NCBI GenBank assembly: GCA_021793215.1
Contig: JAJYTE010000001.1
Location: 18,329 to 82,328 of the forward strand
Length of the DNA: 64,000 nt
Source of the DNA: Bacillota bacterium
Lineage (GTDB): Bacteria > Bacillota > Sulfobacillia > JAJZYS01 > JAJYTV01
Direction of reading: 5' to 3'
The stretch's first letter is position 1, and the number at the start of each line of letters is the position of its first letter. Shown piece by piece: positions 8,579 through 18,388 of the stretch. The position numbers were made by a program, and so were the translations under genes. The notes beneath the pieces were generated by a model, which did no database searches, was not told the DNA's origin, and saw only the letters and a list, made by a program, of their open reading frames with translations.

Positions 8579-9568
8579 ATGGCGATGGCGAGGGTTCTCG
8601 CGGTACTCGGACTGCAGGGCCAAGGGGCGTCGGCGAGCGGACTCGAGCTCCTCGGACTCGGTGCCCGGCTCGCGCGGGCGACTTCGGGCACAATCACCGC
8701 CCTCGCCTTGGGCGAGGGCGCGGGGGCTCAGGGCGAGCGACTGCTCGCGCATGGCGCAGACGACGTCCTCTGGTGCGCGGATGAGGCGCTCGCGCGCTGG
8801 CCCGGCGAGGCGGGGCTCAGGGCGCTCGAGCGCGCGCAGCAGGAGGTACGGCCGGATCTTCTCCTTTTCTCCGCCGACAGCCTGGGGAGGGACCTTGCGC
8901 CGCGCATCGCGGCCAGACTGGACGCCGGGCTCATCACGGAGGCGACGGAGCTCGAGTTCTCGGAGGGGCGCTTCGTTGCGGCCCGGCCGGTCTTCGGCGG
9001 CAAGGCGATCGCCCGGATGGCCGCGACGACCGAGCTGACGGTCGTCACCGTGCGCGCGGGAGCAGGCAGCGCGCTGGAGCCGGATGCCAGCCGGGCGGCA
9101 GGCGGCTCGGTGCGCGAGCTCGACGCCGCGATCGCTCCGGGGGCCGCATGGCCTACGGTGCTGCGCCGCGAGATCGAGGCGTCGGACGGGCCTCGCCTTG
9201 AGGAGGCGAAGACCGTCGTCTCCGGAGGGCGCGGCGTCGGCGGTCCCGAGGGGTTCCAAACGCTCCAGGAGCTCGCCGACGCGCTCAAAGGCGCGGTCGG
9301 CGCGTCGCGGGCGGCTGTCGACGAGGGCTGGGTGCCGGCCGCCTGGCAGGTTGGACAGACGGGCAAGGCCGTCGCGCCGGATCTCTACATCGCCGTCGGC
9401 ATCTCCGGCGCGAGCCAGCACATGGTCGGCTGCTCGCGGGCGAAGACGCTCGTGGCGATCAACACGGATCCCGATGCCCTGATCTTCGAGACGGCGCGGA
9501 TCGGCGTCGTCGGTGACTACCGCGAGCTCGTCCCAGCGCTCGCGCGCGCCCTTCGGGAGCTCGCGTGA
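8579..9568 (+). CDS. etfA: Electron transfer flavoprotein alpha subunit
   Basis: ATG at 8579 ([11 protein letters not shown]...) sits 11 nt after the etfB stop and after GGGAGG. The C-terminal FAD-binding region reads ...[36 protein letters not shown].... The track ORF 8207-9568 is an extension. Confidence 0.85.
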   Translation: MAMARVLAVLGLQGQGASASGLELLGLGARLARATSGTITALALGEGAGAQGERLLAHGADDVLWCADEALARWPGEAGLRALERAQQEVRPDLLLFSADSLGRDLAPRIAARLDAGLITEATELEFSEGRFVAARPVFGGKAIARMAATTELTVVTVRAGAGSALEPDASRAAGGSVRELDAAIAPGAAWPTVLRREIEASDGPRLEEAKTVVSGGRGVGGPEGFQTLQELADALKGAVGASRAAVDEGWVPAAWQVGQTGKAVAPDLYIAVGISGASQHMVGCSRAKTLVAINTDPDALIFETARIGVVGDYRELVPALARALRELA

Positions 9569-10542
9569 TCTGCGAGTGGACCGTGACGGAGAATGCCTGG
9601 CGCATCGAGGATGGGCTCTACCGCATCCTCCTGCCGCTGGGCTGGGACGTCCCGTTCGTCAACGCGTACCTACTCGAGAGCGATGGCCAGTACATGCTGA
9701 TCGACGCGGGGTGGTCGAGCCGCACGAGCCTGCGCGCACTGGGACGGGCGCTCAAGGCGATCGGGGTGCCGCCGCGCGGTCTCTCCCGACTGCTCCTGAC
9801 GCACAGCCACCCGGACCATGCGGGCGCGGCGGCGGCCGTGCAGTCCCACTGGGGCGGGAGCGTGCTCTTGCACCCACGCGGGCGCCGCGAGCGCCCCTCG
9901 GTCGCCCAGATGGGCGAGTGGGCCCGCGCGGAGGGGATGGAGGGAGAGCCCCTCGAGCGGATGCTCGCGGGGCGCCACGAACCGGAATCCGCCCTGCCTG
10001 ACGTGATCCAGCCGCTGGAGACGGGGCAGCTCCAGTTTGGGGACTTCTCCTTCGAGGTTCTGCACATGCCGGGCCACGCCCCGGGGCAGGTCGTCCTGCA
10101 CGAGCAGCGGCGCAGCTGGGTGTTCACCGCGGACCAACTCCTGACACCCCTCTCGCCGAACGTTTGGTACCAGTCGCACGGCATCGGGGACCCGCTCGGC
10201 GAGTACATTGAAAGCCTTGAGGCGACGGGGCGCATTCCCGCGGACCTCGTGCTGCCGGGTCACGGCGCGCCGTTCCACGGGGGCCCGCGCCAGGCGGCGC
10301 AGGATGCGCTCGCGTTCCAGCGCGACTACATCGCCCAGGTGGCGACGTGCGTCGACGGGCAGCCGCGCTCTTCCTGGCGCATCGTCGAGCGGCTCGCCGC
10401 AGTGGAGGGACGCCGCGCCGCGGATCCTGCGGAGCTCGCGGAGGTGCTGGCCGCTCTGGTGCACCTCGAGGCGGATGGGGCGATTCGACGCGAGGAAGGG
10501 GGCTGGGCGGCGACCGGCACGTCACGTGGCGAGGGGGACTAG
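9565..10542 (+). CDS. MBL-fold metallo-hydrolase
   Basis: GTG start overlapping the etfA stop (GTGA). Contains the THSHPDHAG metal-binding motif and ...HMPGHAPGQVV.... Confidence 0.7.
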   Translation: MICEWTVTENAWRIEDGLYRILLPLGWDVPFVNAYLLESDGQYMLIDAGWSSRTSLRALGRALKAIGVPPRGLSRLLLTHSHPDHAGAAAAVQSHWGGSVLLHPRGRRERPSVAQMGEWARAEGMEGEPLERMLAGRHEPESALPDVIQPLETGQLQFGDFSFEVLHMPGHAPGQVVLHEQRRSWVFTADQLLTPLSPNVWYQSHGIGDPLGEYIESLEATGRIPADLVLPGHGAPFHGGPRQAAQDALAFQRDYIAQVATCVDGQPRSSWRIVERLAAVEGRRAADPAELAEVLAALVHLEADGAIRREEGGWAATGTSRGEGD

Positions 10543-10559
10543 GAGGGGGAGGGAAGGCG

Positions 10560-12182
10560 ATGACGGCTGAGAGGCCCTGGGATCATCTGCGACGCCCGGG
10601 TACCGAGGGTGAGTTCAAGGTGCCGGAGCTTCTGGTGCATGACATCCTGCGGCAGACGGCGGGGGCCCATCCGGAGCTGATGGCGCTCGCGTTCTACCGG
10701 CAGGAGATGAGCTACGGGCAACTCTGGGACGACGCCCTGCGCATGGCGAACACGCTTCTTGGGCTCGGGCTGCGCCCGGACGACCGGGTGCTGCTGATGA
10801 TGCCGAACTGTCCGCAGTACGTGATCGCCTACTACGGGTGCCTCCTCGCCGGCGGCATCGTGACGCAGGTGAACCCGCTCTACGTGGAGCGCGAGCTCCT
10901 CTACCTCGCGAAAGACGCCGAGGCGCGCTTCCTCGTGGTGGCCGACGTGCTCTTGGAGAAAGTTCGCTCGCTCGAGGCCAAATCCAGCGTCGAGCACGTG
11001 ATCGTCGCCGAGCTCGGGGGCCAGGGCCTGCCAGAGGGGGTTCTCGGGCTGCGAGACCTCCTCGCGCGGGCAAGCGCGGAGGATCCCAAGGTGGCGCGCA
11101 GCCCAGAGGATGTCGCCGTGCTGCAGTACACGGGCGGCACGACCGGCCTGCCGAAGGGCGCGATGCTGACGCACCGGAACCTCGTGGCGAACACCTTGCA
11201 GAGCGTGACGCAGACGCCGGAGCCCGGCGCCTCCCGCGTCCTGCAGATCCTGCCCCTCTTCCACGTCTTCGGCATGCTCGTCCTGAACGTATCGGTCCTC
11301 CACGCCGCGCGGGTCGTGCTGCTGCCGCGCTTCGAGATCGACCAGGTGATGGCCGCGATCAAGGGCCACCAGATCACCGACTTCCCCGGCGTGCCGACCA
11401 TGTACATCGCCGTGCTGAACTACCCGGGCGCGGAGGACTACGGCATCGGGAACATCCAGCGGCTGAACGCCGGCGGGGCGGCGATGCCCGTCGAGGTGAT
11501 GCAGACCTTCGTCGACAAGTTCCACGCGGAGATCAGCGAGGGGTACGGCCTCACGGAGGCGTCGCCTGCGACCCACGCGAACCCCTCGCACGACCCGTCC
11601 CTGCGCCGGCCCGGCTCGATCGGCATCCCGATGCCCGGCACCGATGCGCGCATCGTCGACCTCGAGACCGGCACGCGCACCCTTGGCCCCGGGGAGGTCG
11701 GGGAGCTCGCGATCCAGGGTCCGCAGGTGATGAAGGGGTACTGGCGGCGCCCCGAGGAGACGCGGCTCGCGCTGCGGGACGGCTGGCTCTTCACCGGCGA
11801 CGTCGCCCGCATGGACGAGGACGGCTACTTCTACATCGTGGACCGCAAGAAGGAGATGATCATCGTCTCCGGCAATAATGTCTACCCGCGAGAGATCGAG
11901 GAGGTGCTCTACGAGCACCCGGACGTCTTGGAGGCCGCGGTGATCGGCGTACCCGATCCCTACAAGGGTGAGGTACCCAAGGCGTTCGTCGCGCTGCGCG
12001 AGGGCGCCCAGTCGACGGAGGCGGCGCTGCTCGCGCACCTTCGGGCGCAGCTCGCGCCCTTCAAGGTGCCGCGGACCGTGGAGCTGCGCCCGGAGCTGCC
12101 GAAGAGCGCAGTCGGCAAGCTCCTGCGCCGGGAACTCGCCGCGGAGGAGCGGGAGAGACGGGAGCGCGGCGCGCAGGCGTAG
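10560..12182 (+). CDS. Long-chain-fatty-acid--CoA ligase (AMP-binding)
   Basis: ATG at 10560 (MTAERPWDHL...). AMP-binding motif LQYTGGTTGLPKGAMLTHRNL, plus ...GYGLTEASP... and the C-terminal ...PKSAVGKLLRREL. The track start at 10347 is an upstream extension. Confidence 0.85.
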   Translation: MTAERPWDHLRRPGTEGEFKVPELLVHDILRQTAGAHPELMALAFYRQEMSYGQLWDDALRMANTLLGLGLRPDDRVLLMMPNCPQYVIAYYGCLLAGGIVTQVNPLYVERELLYLAKDAEARFLVVADVLLEKVRSLEAKSSVEHVIVAELGGQGLPEGVLGLRDLLARASAEDPKVARSPEDVAVLQYTGGTTGLPKGAMLTHRNLVANTLQSVTQTPEPGASRVLQILPLFHVFGMLVLNVSVLHAARVVLLPRFEIDQVMAAIKGHQITDFPGVPTMYIAVLNYPGAEDYGIGNIQRLNAGGAAMPVEVMQTFVDKFHAEISEGYGLTEASPATHANPSHDPSLRRPGSIGIPMPGTDARIVDLETGTRTLGPGEVGELAIQGPQVMKGYWRRPEETRLALRDGWLFTGDVARMDEDGYFYIVDRKKEMIIVSGNNVYPREIEEVLYEHPDVLEAAVIGVPDPYKGEVPKAFVALREGAQSTEAALLAHLRAQLAPFKVPRTVELRPELPKSAVGKLLRRELAAEERERRERGAQA

Positions 12183-12203
12183 CCGCGGAAGGGAGAATCA
12201 CGC

Positions 12204-12992
12204 ATGGAACCGGAGTTGCCAACACTTTCGGATCTCTTCTCGCTGCAGGGCCAGGTGGCGATCGTCACCGGCGGTTCGCGCGGTCTGGGTCTCGAGATGG
12301 CGGAAGGGCTGGGCGAGGCGGGAGCGCGCCTCGTGATCACGGCCCGCCGCGCGCCGGACCTGCGCACGGCGCAAGAGCACCTCGAGGGACGCGGCTTCGA
12401 GGTGATGACCCACGAGGGGTCCGTCGCGGACCCGGAGGCTGTGCAGAGCCTCGTAGGCGCCACGCGTGCGCGGTACGGCAGGATCGACATCCTCGTGAAC
12501 AACGCGGGCACGACCTGGGGCGCCCCGACCCTCGACATGCCGTACGAGCGCTGGCGCTACGTCATGGACACGAACGTGGACGGCACCTTCCTCCTCACCC
12601 AGGCGGTCTGCCGCGTGATGGTGGAGCAGGGCCACGGTGGACGGATCATCAACGTCGCCTCGGTCGCCGGGATGAAAGGGGCGACGCCCGAGCCCTTGAT
12701 GGCGATCGGCTACTCGACGTCGAAAGCGGCCATCATCGGCTTCACCCGGACGCTTGCGGCGCAGATGGCCGAACACGGCATCCTGGTGAACGCGATCTGT
12801 CCGGGCTTCTTCCCCACCAAGATGACGCGGGGCATCCTCGCGATCGCGGGTGCGGAGGTGGGCCTTGCGACGCCGCTCGGCAGGATCGGCCGGCCAGGCG
12901 AGCTGAAGGGCGTCGCCGTCTTCCTGGCGTCCGGAGCCAGTTCCTACATCACAGGGCAGGCGCTGGCGGTCGACGGCGGCGTGACCGCGTAG
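12204..12992 (+). CDS. SDR family oxidoreductase
   Basis: 262 aa with VTGGSRGLGLEMA, NNAG and YSTSKAA motifs. Confidence 0.8.
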   Translation: MEPELPTLSDLFSLQGQVAIVTGGSRGLGLEMAEGLGEAGARLVITARRAPDLRTAQEHLEGRGFEVMTHEGSVADPEAVQSLVGATRARYGRIDILVNNAGTTWGAPTLDMPYERWRYVMDTNVDGTFLLTQAVCRVMVEQGHGGRIINVASVAGMKGATPEPLMAIGYSTSKAAIIGFTRTLAAQMAEHGILVNAICPGFFPTKMTRGILAIAGAEVGLATPLGRIGRPGELKGVAVFLASGASSYITGQALAVDGGVTA

Positions 12993-13029
12993 GCGCGTAG
13001 GCGCACAGGTTGCAGAGGAGGGAATCGAG

Positions 13030-14196
13030 TTGGCGGATGCAGTGATCGTGAGCGCGGTACGCACCGCGATCGCGCGAGCGCCTGGCGCCTTGCAGCATGT
13101 GCCGCCCGAGATGTTCGGTGCGGCCGTGATGCGGGAGGCCGTGCGTCGCGCCGGGCTTGAGGGCGGCGAGGTTGAGGATGTCATCTGGGGCAACACGATG
13201 GCGGGCGGCGGCAACATGGGTCGGCTCACTGCCCTGCAGGCGGGTCTCGGGGTCGAGGTGCCGGCCCTGACCGTGGATCGGCAGTGCGGATCTGGACTGC
13301 AGGCGATCTGCCTCGCGGGTCAGGCGATCGCCGCGGGAGACGGCGAGATCCTGCTCGCGGGCGGCAGTGAATCGATGACGCGCGCGCCCTATCTGATGGA
13401 GAGGCCGCAGGCGGCCTTCCAGCGCATGCCGCCGCGTTTCATGCGGCCGAGGCTCTCGCCGGACGCCATCGGCGACCCGCCGATGGGCGTGACCGCGGAG
13501 AACGTCGCACGCAGGTACTCGGTGAGCCGCGCAGACCAGGACGCCTTCGCGCTGCGCTCGCAGCAGAACGCCGCGCGCGCGATCCGCGAGGGGAGGTTCA
13601 TGGAGCAGATCCTGCCGCTCCCGATCCCCGCGGCGAAGGGGGAGGCCGTGCCCTTCGCCCAGGATGAGCACCCGCGCCCGGACACGACCCTCGAGCGGCT
13701 CGCGGCACTGCGGCCCGCGTTCCTGGAAGATGGCAGCGTCACGGCGGGCAACACGTCTGGCATCAACGACGGAGCCGGGGCGACCGTCGTGATGTCGGCC
13801 GCCGCGGCCGAGCGCCGGGGTCTTCAGCCGCTCGGGCGGCTCGTGGCATGGGCCGTCGCGGGCGTCGATCCGAACCTGATGGGCATGGGGCCCGTGCCGG
13901 CGGTGCGCAAGGTGCTCGGCAAGGCGAAGATGACGCTCGAGCAGATCGACCTCATCGAGCTGAACGAGGCGTTCGCCAGCCAGTCCCTCGCCTGCATCCG
14001 CGAGCTCGGCATGGACATGGAGCGGGTGAACGTCAACGGCGGAGCGATCGCGCTCGGACACCCGATCGCTGCCACCGGCGCGATCCTGACGGCGAAGCTG
14101 CTGTACGAGCTGCGCCGAAGCGGCGGACGCTTCGGACTCGTGACCGCATGCATCGGCGGAGGACAGGGCATCGCGGCCATCTTCGAACGCGTATAG
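13030..14196 (+). CDS. Acetyl-CoA C-acyltransferase (thiolase)
   Basis: 388 aa with active-site [12 protein letters not shown], ...NEAFASQ..., and C-terminal ...[16 protein letters not shown]. Confidence 0.9.
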   Translation: MADAVIVSAVRTAIARAPGALQHVPPEMFGAAVMREAVRRAGLEGGEVEDVIWGNTMAGGGNMGRLTALQAGLGVEVPALTVDRQCGSGLQAICLAGQAIAAGDGEILLAGGSESMTRAPYLMERPQAAFQRMPPRFMRPRLSPDAIGDPPMGVTAENVARRYSVSRADQDAFALRSQQNAARAIREGRFMEQILPLPIPAAKGEAVPFAQDEHPRPDTTLERLAALRPAFLEDGSVTAGNTSGINDGAGATVVMSAAAAERRGLQPLGRLVAWAVAGVDPNLMGMGPVPAVRKVLGKAKMTLEQIDLIELNEAFASQSLACIRELGMDMERVNVNGGAIALGHPIAATGAILTAKLLYELRRSGGRFGLVTACIGGGQGIAAIFERV

Positions 14197-14287
14197 CGCC
14201 GGGAGCGAGGAGAGGAGGTCCTGGCGTAGCGGCGAAAACGCCCGAGCCCAGGCGCGATCGCCGGGTGCATTACGCGAACGCGCCGCG

Positions 14288-14920
14288 TCACTCGCGGCGG
14301 ATGCCGCCCTCGAGCACGATGTGGAACAGGACCTGGGACATCTCGTCGGGGCGCATCGGCCGTCCGGGCCGGAACCAACGGAACGCCCAGTTGAACGTGC
14401 CGAGCAGAACGAAGCTGAAGATCTTCGGATCAAGGTCCGGCCGCAGCTGGCCGCTGCGGATCGCCTCCTCCACGAGGCCGCGCATCAGCGCCTCGTAGCG
14501 GTCCCGCTTCACCTGGACGAGCGAGAACTTCTCCTGCGTCAGGAAGCGGGACTCGTTGTGGAAGACGGCCATGTGGTCATGGAACGTCGACATGCTCTCG
14601 AGCAGGTGGTTCAGGATGCGCTGGAGCTTCTCCACGGGGTCGCCTGGCCAGCGCGCCGCGCCCTCCGCGAAGGCGAGCAGGTGGTCGATGAACGTGTCGT
14701 GGAAAAGCAGAAGAAGGTCTTCTTTGGACTCGAAGTAGTGGTAGAACGCGCCCTTTGAGCACCCCGCCGCCTTGATGACGTCCTGCAGCGACGTGGCGTG
14801 GTAGCCGCGCTCGCCGAACAGGCGCAGGGCGGCGTTCATGATGTTCGTGCGCGTGTCCTCGGTAGTCGGTGGGATCTGCGGCATGGCTTCCTTTGAAACC
14901 TCCGTGGTCTTGGCGTCCAC
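14288..14920 (-). CDS. TetR family transcriptional regulator (candidate FadR-like regulator of the adjacent cluster)
   Basis: HTH region ...[48 protein letters not shown].... The start is either GTG at 14920 or ATG at 14884 (MPQIPP..., preceded by AAGGAAG). Confidence 0.8.
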   Translation of the reverse strand: MDAKTTEVSKEAMPQIPPTTEDTRTNIMNAALRLFGERGYHATSLQDVIKAAGCSKGAFYHYFESKEDLLLLFHDTFIDHLLAFAEGAARWPGDPVEKLQRILNHLLESMSTFHDHMAVFHNESRFLTQEKFSLVQVKRDRYEALMRGLVEEAIRSGQLRPDLDPKIFSFVLLGTFNWAFRWFRPGRPMRPDEMSQVLFHIVLEGGIRRE

Positions 14921-15122
14921 TCGCAGTTCGTCAGGCGTCGCGCGGATTCCTTGGAAACCGATACTCCACTCGATACTCTGGATCGGCCTGGGAGGATGAT
15001 GCCCTGACGCTCAGCATGCCCGGGACGTTTCGCCGCACACGCGGGAGGATTGGCGCTCAGCGTGCCACCGCGACGAGACAGCGGCAGAGGCACTCCCGCG
15101 CCAGCGCAGCGCACGCCGGCGG

Positions 15123-16640
15123 ATGGTACGCTTTTTGGGAAGCGACCTAAAGGAGTGGTGCGTCACCTGCGGCATCGTCGCGGCCATCGGAGAGATCGAC
15201 GAGGCGCAGCTCCTGCGTATGCTCCGGCGCCTTTCGCATCGCGGCCCCGACGACGAGGGCCGCGTCCGGCTCGCCTGCGCGTGGCTCGGCCAGCGGCGGC
15301 TTTCGATCGTCGACGTCGCGGGCGGCGCGCAGCCGATCGCGGACGAGGCGGAGAACCTTCACATCGTCGCCAACGGCGAGATCTACAACCACCAGGAGCT
15401 GCGATCCGCGCTACCGCGGCACAGCTTTCGGTCACGCTCCGACACCGAGGCGGCGCTGCACCTCGTCGAGCAGGAGGGCGCCGAGGCGATCGCGCAACTC
15501 GAGGGCATGTACGCCTTCGCGATCGCGGGGAAGGACGGACGCTTCCTTGTGGCGCGCGACCCTGTGGGCATCAAGCCGCTCTACTGGTCGGAGGATGGCA
15601 AAACGCACCTCTTCGCCTCGGAGCTGAGGGCCTACGACCGCGCCAGGCTCCCGAGGGTGCGTGAGTTCCCGCCGGGGCACTACTGGACGCTCGCGGACGG
15701 CGTCGTGCGGTTCGCAACGCTGCCGCTGAACTCCTCGGCAACGCCTTCCCGGACACTCGAGCGCGCCTCAAGGAGCGCAGGACGCTCCTTGAGGCGGCCG
15801 TATCCCGCCGGATGATGTCGGACGTGCCGCTCGGCGTATTCCTCTCCGGCGGCCTCGACAGCAGCATCGTCGCCGCGATCGCGGCGCGCATCGCCGAACG
15901 GGACGGTCGGCGGCTCATGTCGTTCGCCGTGGGCAGCGAGTGCAGCCCGGACCTTCTGGCGGCGCGCGAGGTCGCGGCCTTCATCGGAACCGAGCACCAC
16001 GAGGCGATCTTCGATCCATCCCAGGCGCAGGCGCTCCTACCGACCGTGATCCGCAGCATGGAACTCTTCGATCCCCGCACGGTGCGAAGCGCCCTCGCGA
16101 ACTACCTGGTCGCGGAGCTCGCGGGGCGCCACGTCAAGGTCGTGCTGACGGGTGAAGGTTCCGATGGGCTACCGTTACGTGCGCTCGCTCAGCGGGCAAG
16201 AACTCCCTGAGGAGCTCCAGCGCTCCGTCCTGACGCTGCCCAATCTGAACCTCCAGCGCTGCGACCGCACGACGATGGCGCACGGCCTCGAGGCGCGGGT
16301 GCCGTTCCTCGATCTCGAAGTGGTCGCGTACGCGATGGCGCTGCCGCCGGAGTGGAAGCTCCACGCGCCGGACGGGGGCGGCCCGCGCGTCGAGAAGTGG
16401 ATTCTGCGGCGAGCGTTCGAGGGTTACCTGCCGCATGGCATCCTCTGGCGCACGGAGAGTCAGTTCGGCGACGGGAGCGGCATGCGCGACGCGCTGAAGG
16501 CGTCGGCCCCAACCTCGACCGCCGATGCGGCAGCCCGCCTTCGCACCGCCGAGGCAGCGCACTACTTCTCGCTCTTCGCCGAAGACTACGCGGGCGTCGA
16601 CGTGGCGGCCGCCGTCGGCCGATGCGAGACGATGGTCTAG
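15123..16640 (+). pseudogene. asnB: Asparagine synthetase (glutamine-hydrolysing) AsnB-like, disrupted: no start before the nucleophile Cys, plus two frameshifts
   Basis: Homology spans three frames: 15123-15815 (...CGIVAAIG...HRGPDDEG...NGEIYNHQEL...), 15812-16210 (...SDVPLGVFLSGGLDSS...), 16152-16640 (...RCDRTTMAHGLEARVPFLD...). A frame shift near 15740 is consistent with a 1-nt loss, and one near 16160 is exactly reproduced by an 11-nt loss from GEGSDELFGGYRY. The codon before the catalytic Cys is ACC, not ATG. Confidence 0.6.
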
Positions 16641-16643
16641 AGG

Positions 16644-18221
16644 CTACAGACCCAGCTGTCGGCAGCGCTCCGCGAGTGGGGAGCGCTCTGCCGACTCGAG
16701 CTCCACGCAGGCGAACAGGTCCTGCCCGCGCATCCTCTGCGCGATGAAGCTCAGGCCGTCGGCTCCGCGGCTGAGGTACGGGCTGTCGATCTGCTCTGGG
16801 TCGCCGATCAGCACGACCTTGGTGCCCTTGCCGGCGCGCTTCACGGTGATCGCCGCTTGGTGCGGCGTCACGTTCTGCGCCTCGTCGAGGATCAGGAAGC
16901 GCTGCGAGAAGCTGCGGCCCCTGAAGAACGAGATCGATTTGAACTCGATCTGCCCCAGGCGCTTCAGGTAGTCGACCCGGTCCTCAAGCGTCTCCCGCTC
17001 TGGCCGGGTGCTGCGGGCGCCGCGCCGTGGGCGTTCGAAGAGCGCCTCGAGCGCGTCGTAGGCCGGCATGACCCATTCGCGCATCTTCTCCTCCTCGGTA
17101 CCGGGCAGCGCGCCGAGGTCGCGCCCCATCGGCACGATCTCCCGCGTGTAGATGACCTTCTCCATCTCCTGCCGCTCGGCGAGCTCCATGCCCACGGCGA
17201 TCGCGAGGAGGGTCTTGCCGGAGCCCTGCGGACCGAGGAGCGTCACGAGGGACTTGCGTGGGTTCAAGAGGGCGTCGAGCGCGAAGATCTGCTCGTCGTT
17301 GCGCGCTTCGAGACTGCCGTAGACCTTGAGGCCGGGGCGGTAGGAGCTGAGCGGGCGCACAGCGCCCTCGACCACTTCCCAGTAGCCCTTGCGCAGCAGC
17401 GCGACGTGCCCTTGGCCGAAGCCGAGCTCGCTGCGGGGCCTCCCGCCGTAGAAGGCGTCGAGCTCCTCCGCGGGGAGGGACGTCTCCCGCTCGCCGAGAC
17501 AGCGGCGGCAGAGCCACTCGGATGCGGGCGGATCGGAGTAGCGTACGATCTGGCGGGCGTCCTCGGCGCCGCACGCGCCGCAGGACTCCTGAACCCGCGC
17601 GAGGACGTAGTCGCTCTCCACGATGTCGTAGCCCCTGACATCCGCCGCGAGGCTCTGGAGCTTCACGCCGTCCGCCTCGACCTGCGCGTAGAGCGCCGGC
17701 GACACCCGGAGACGGACGATGCCGCCGTGCTCCACCGGTCCCGCCTGGTCGTTCCTGTAGGCCTCAGAGCGGATCGCCATGCTGCGGGCCTTCACCCGCA
17801 GGTTGAAGTCGTTGGAGACGAGCGCGACCTGACCCTCGGGATCCGCCTGCTGCAGTGCGGCAGCCACCGCGAGGATGCGGTGGTCCGCCTTCTCGATGTC
17901 GAGGCCGCGCGGCAGGAGGTCTCCCTCCTGGTGGTTGAGCTCGATGCGCAGCGTGCCGCCGTTCGGCAGTGGAGCCCCTCGGACGATGTCGCCCTCGGCG
18001 GAGATCTGGTCCATCAGGCGGATCGCGGCGCGCGCGTTCGCGCCGATGCCGTCCACGTGGGTCTTGAAGCGGTCCAGTTCCTCGATGGTGACGATCGGGA
18101 TCACGACCGTGTTGCCCTCGCCGAACGTCAGTAGGGACTGCGGGTTGTGCAGGAGCACGTTGGTGTCGAGGACGAACTGCTTGCCCAAAAACCTACTCCT
18201 CTCACCGACCAGACCCTGCAT
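16644..18221 (-). CDS. PhoH2-type protein: N-terminal PIN domain fused to PhoH-like ATPase
   Basis: Start at M47 of the track ORF (MQGLVGERSRFLGKQFVLDTNVLLHNP...). PIN region ...VLDTNVLL...VIPIVTIEELD...; Walker A LLGPQGSGKT; ...FLILDEAQN.... A Cys4 insertion CGAC...CRRC lies between the domains. Confidence 0.8.
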   Translation of the reverse strand: MQGLVGERSRFLGKQFVLDTNVLLHNPQSLLTFGEGNTVVIPIVTIEELDRFKTHVDGIGANARAAIRLMDQISAEGDIVRGAPLPNGGTLRIELNHQEGDLLPRGLDIEKADHRILAVAAALQQADPEGQVALVSNDFNLRVKARSMAIRSEAYRNDQAGPVEHGGIVRLRVSPALYAQVEADGVKLQSLAADVRGYDIVESDYVLARVQESCGACGAEDARQIVRYSDPPASEWLCRRCLGERETSLPAEELDAFYGGRPRSELGFGQGHVALLRKGYWEVVEGAVRPLSSYRPGLKVYGSLEARNDEQIFALDALLNPRKSLVTLLGPQGSGKTLLAIAVGMELAERQEMEKVIYTREIVPMGRDLGALPGTEEEKMREWVMPAYDALEALFERPRRGARSTRPERETLEDRVDYLKRLGQIEFKSISFFRGRSFSQRFLILDEAQNVTPHQAAITVKRAGKGTKVVLIGDPEQIDSPYLSRGADGLSFIAQRMRGQDLFACVELESAERSPLAERCRQLGL

Positions 18222-18325
18222 GGGAATTTGCCGAAGGTGCTGCCGCGTCCTGCGCCGGAACGAAACCCGACAGAGATTGACAGGGCATCGGGACGGAGAT
18301 CCGGGAAGCGGGCGAGAGGACGCGA

Positions 18326-18355
18326 GCAGCGCCGCCTCGCGCGAGGCGGCGCTGC
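18326..18355. terminator. 30-bp perfect GC palindrome (GCAGCGCCGCCTCGCGCGAGGCGGCGCTGC), candidate terminator after tlp
   Basis: Exact reverse-complement symmetry, 34 nt downstream (minus sense) of the tlp stop. The right arm GCGAGGCGGCGCTG is directly repeated at 18366-18379. There is no U-tract. Confidence 0.3.
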
Positions 18356-18388
18356 ACATGTCCGGCGAGGCGGCGCTGTTCGCCCACG

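Noticed and set aside
15123-16640. Treating the asnB and AHSA1 frameshifts as simple sequencing errors
   Set aside because: Not fully rejected. For asnB the combination of a missing ATG, a 1-nt indel and an 11-nt deletion is hard to explain by basecalling error. The single 1-nt shift in the AHSA1 gene could well be an error, hence the lower confidence.
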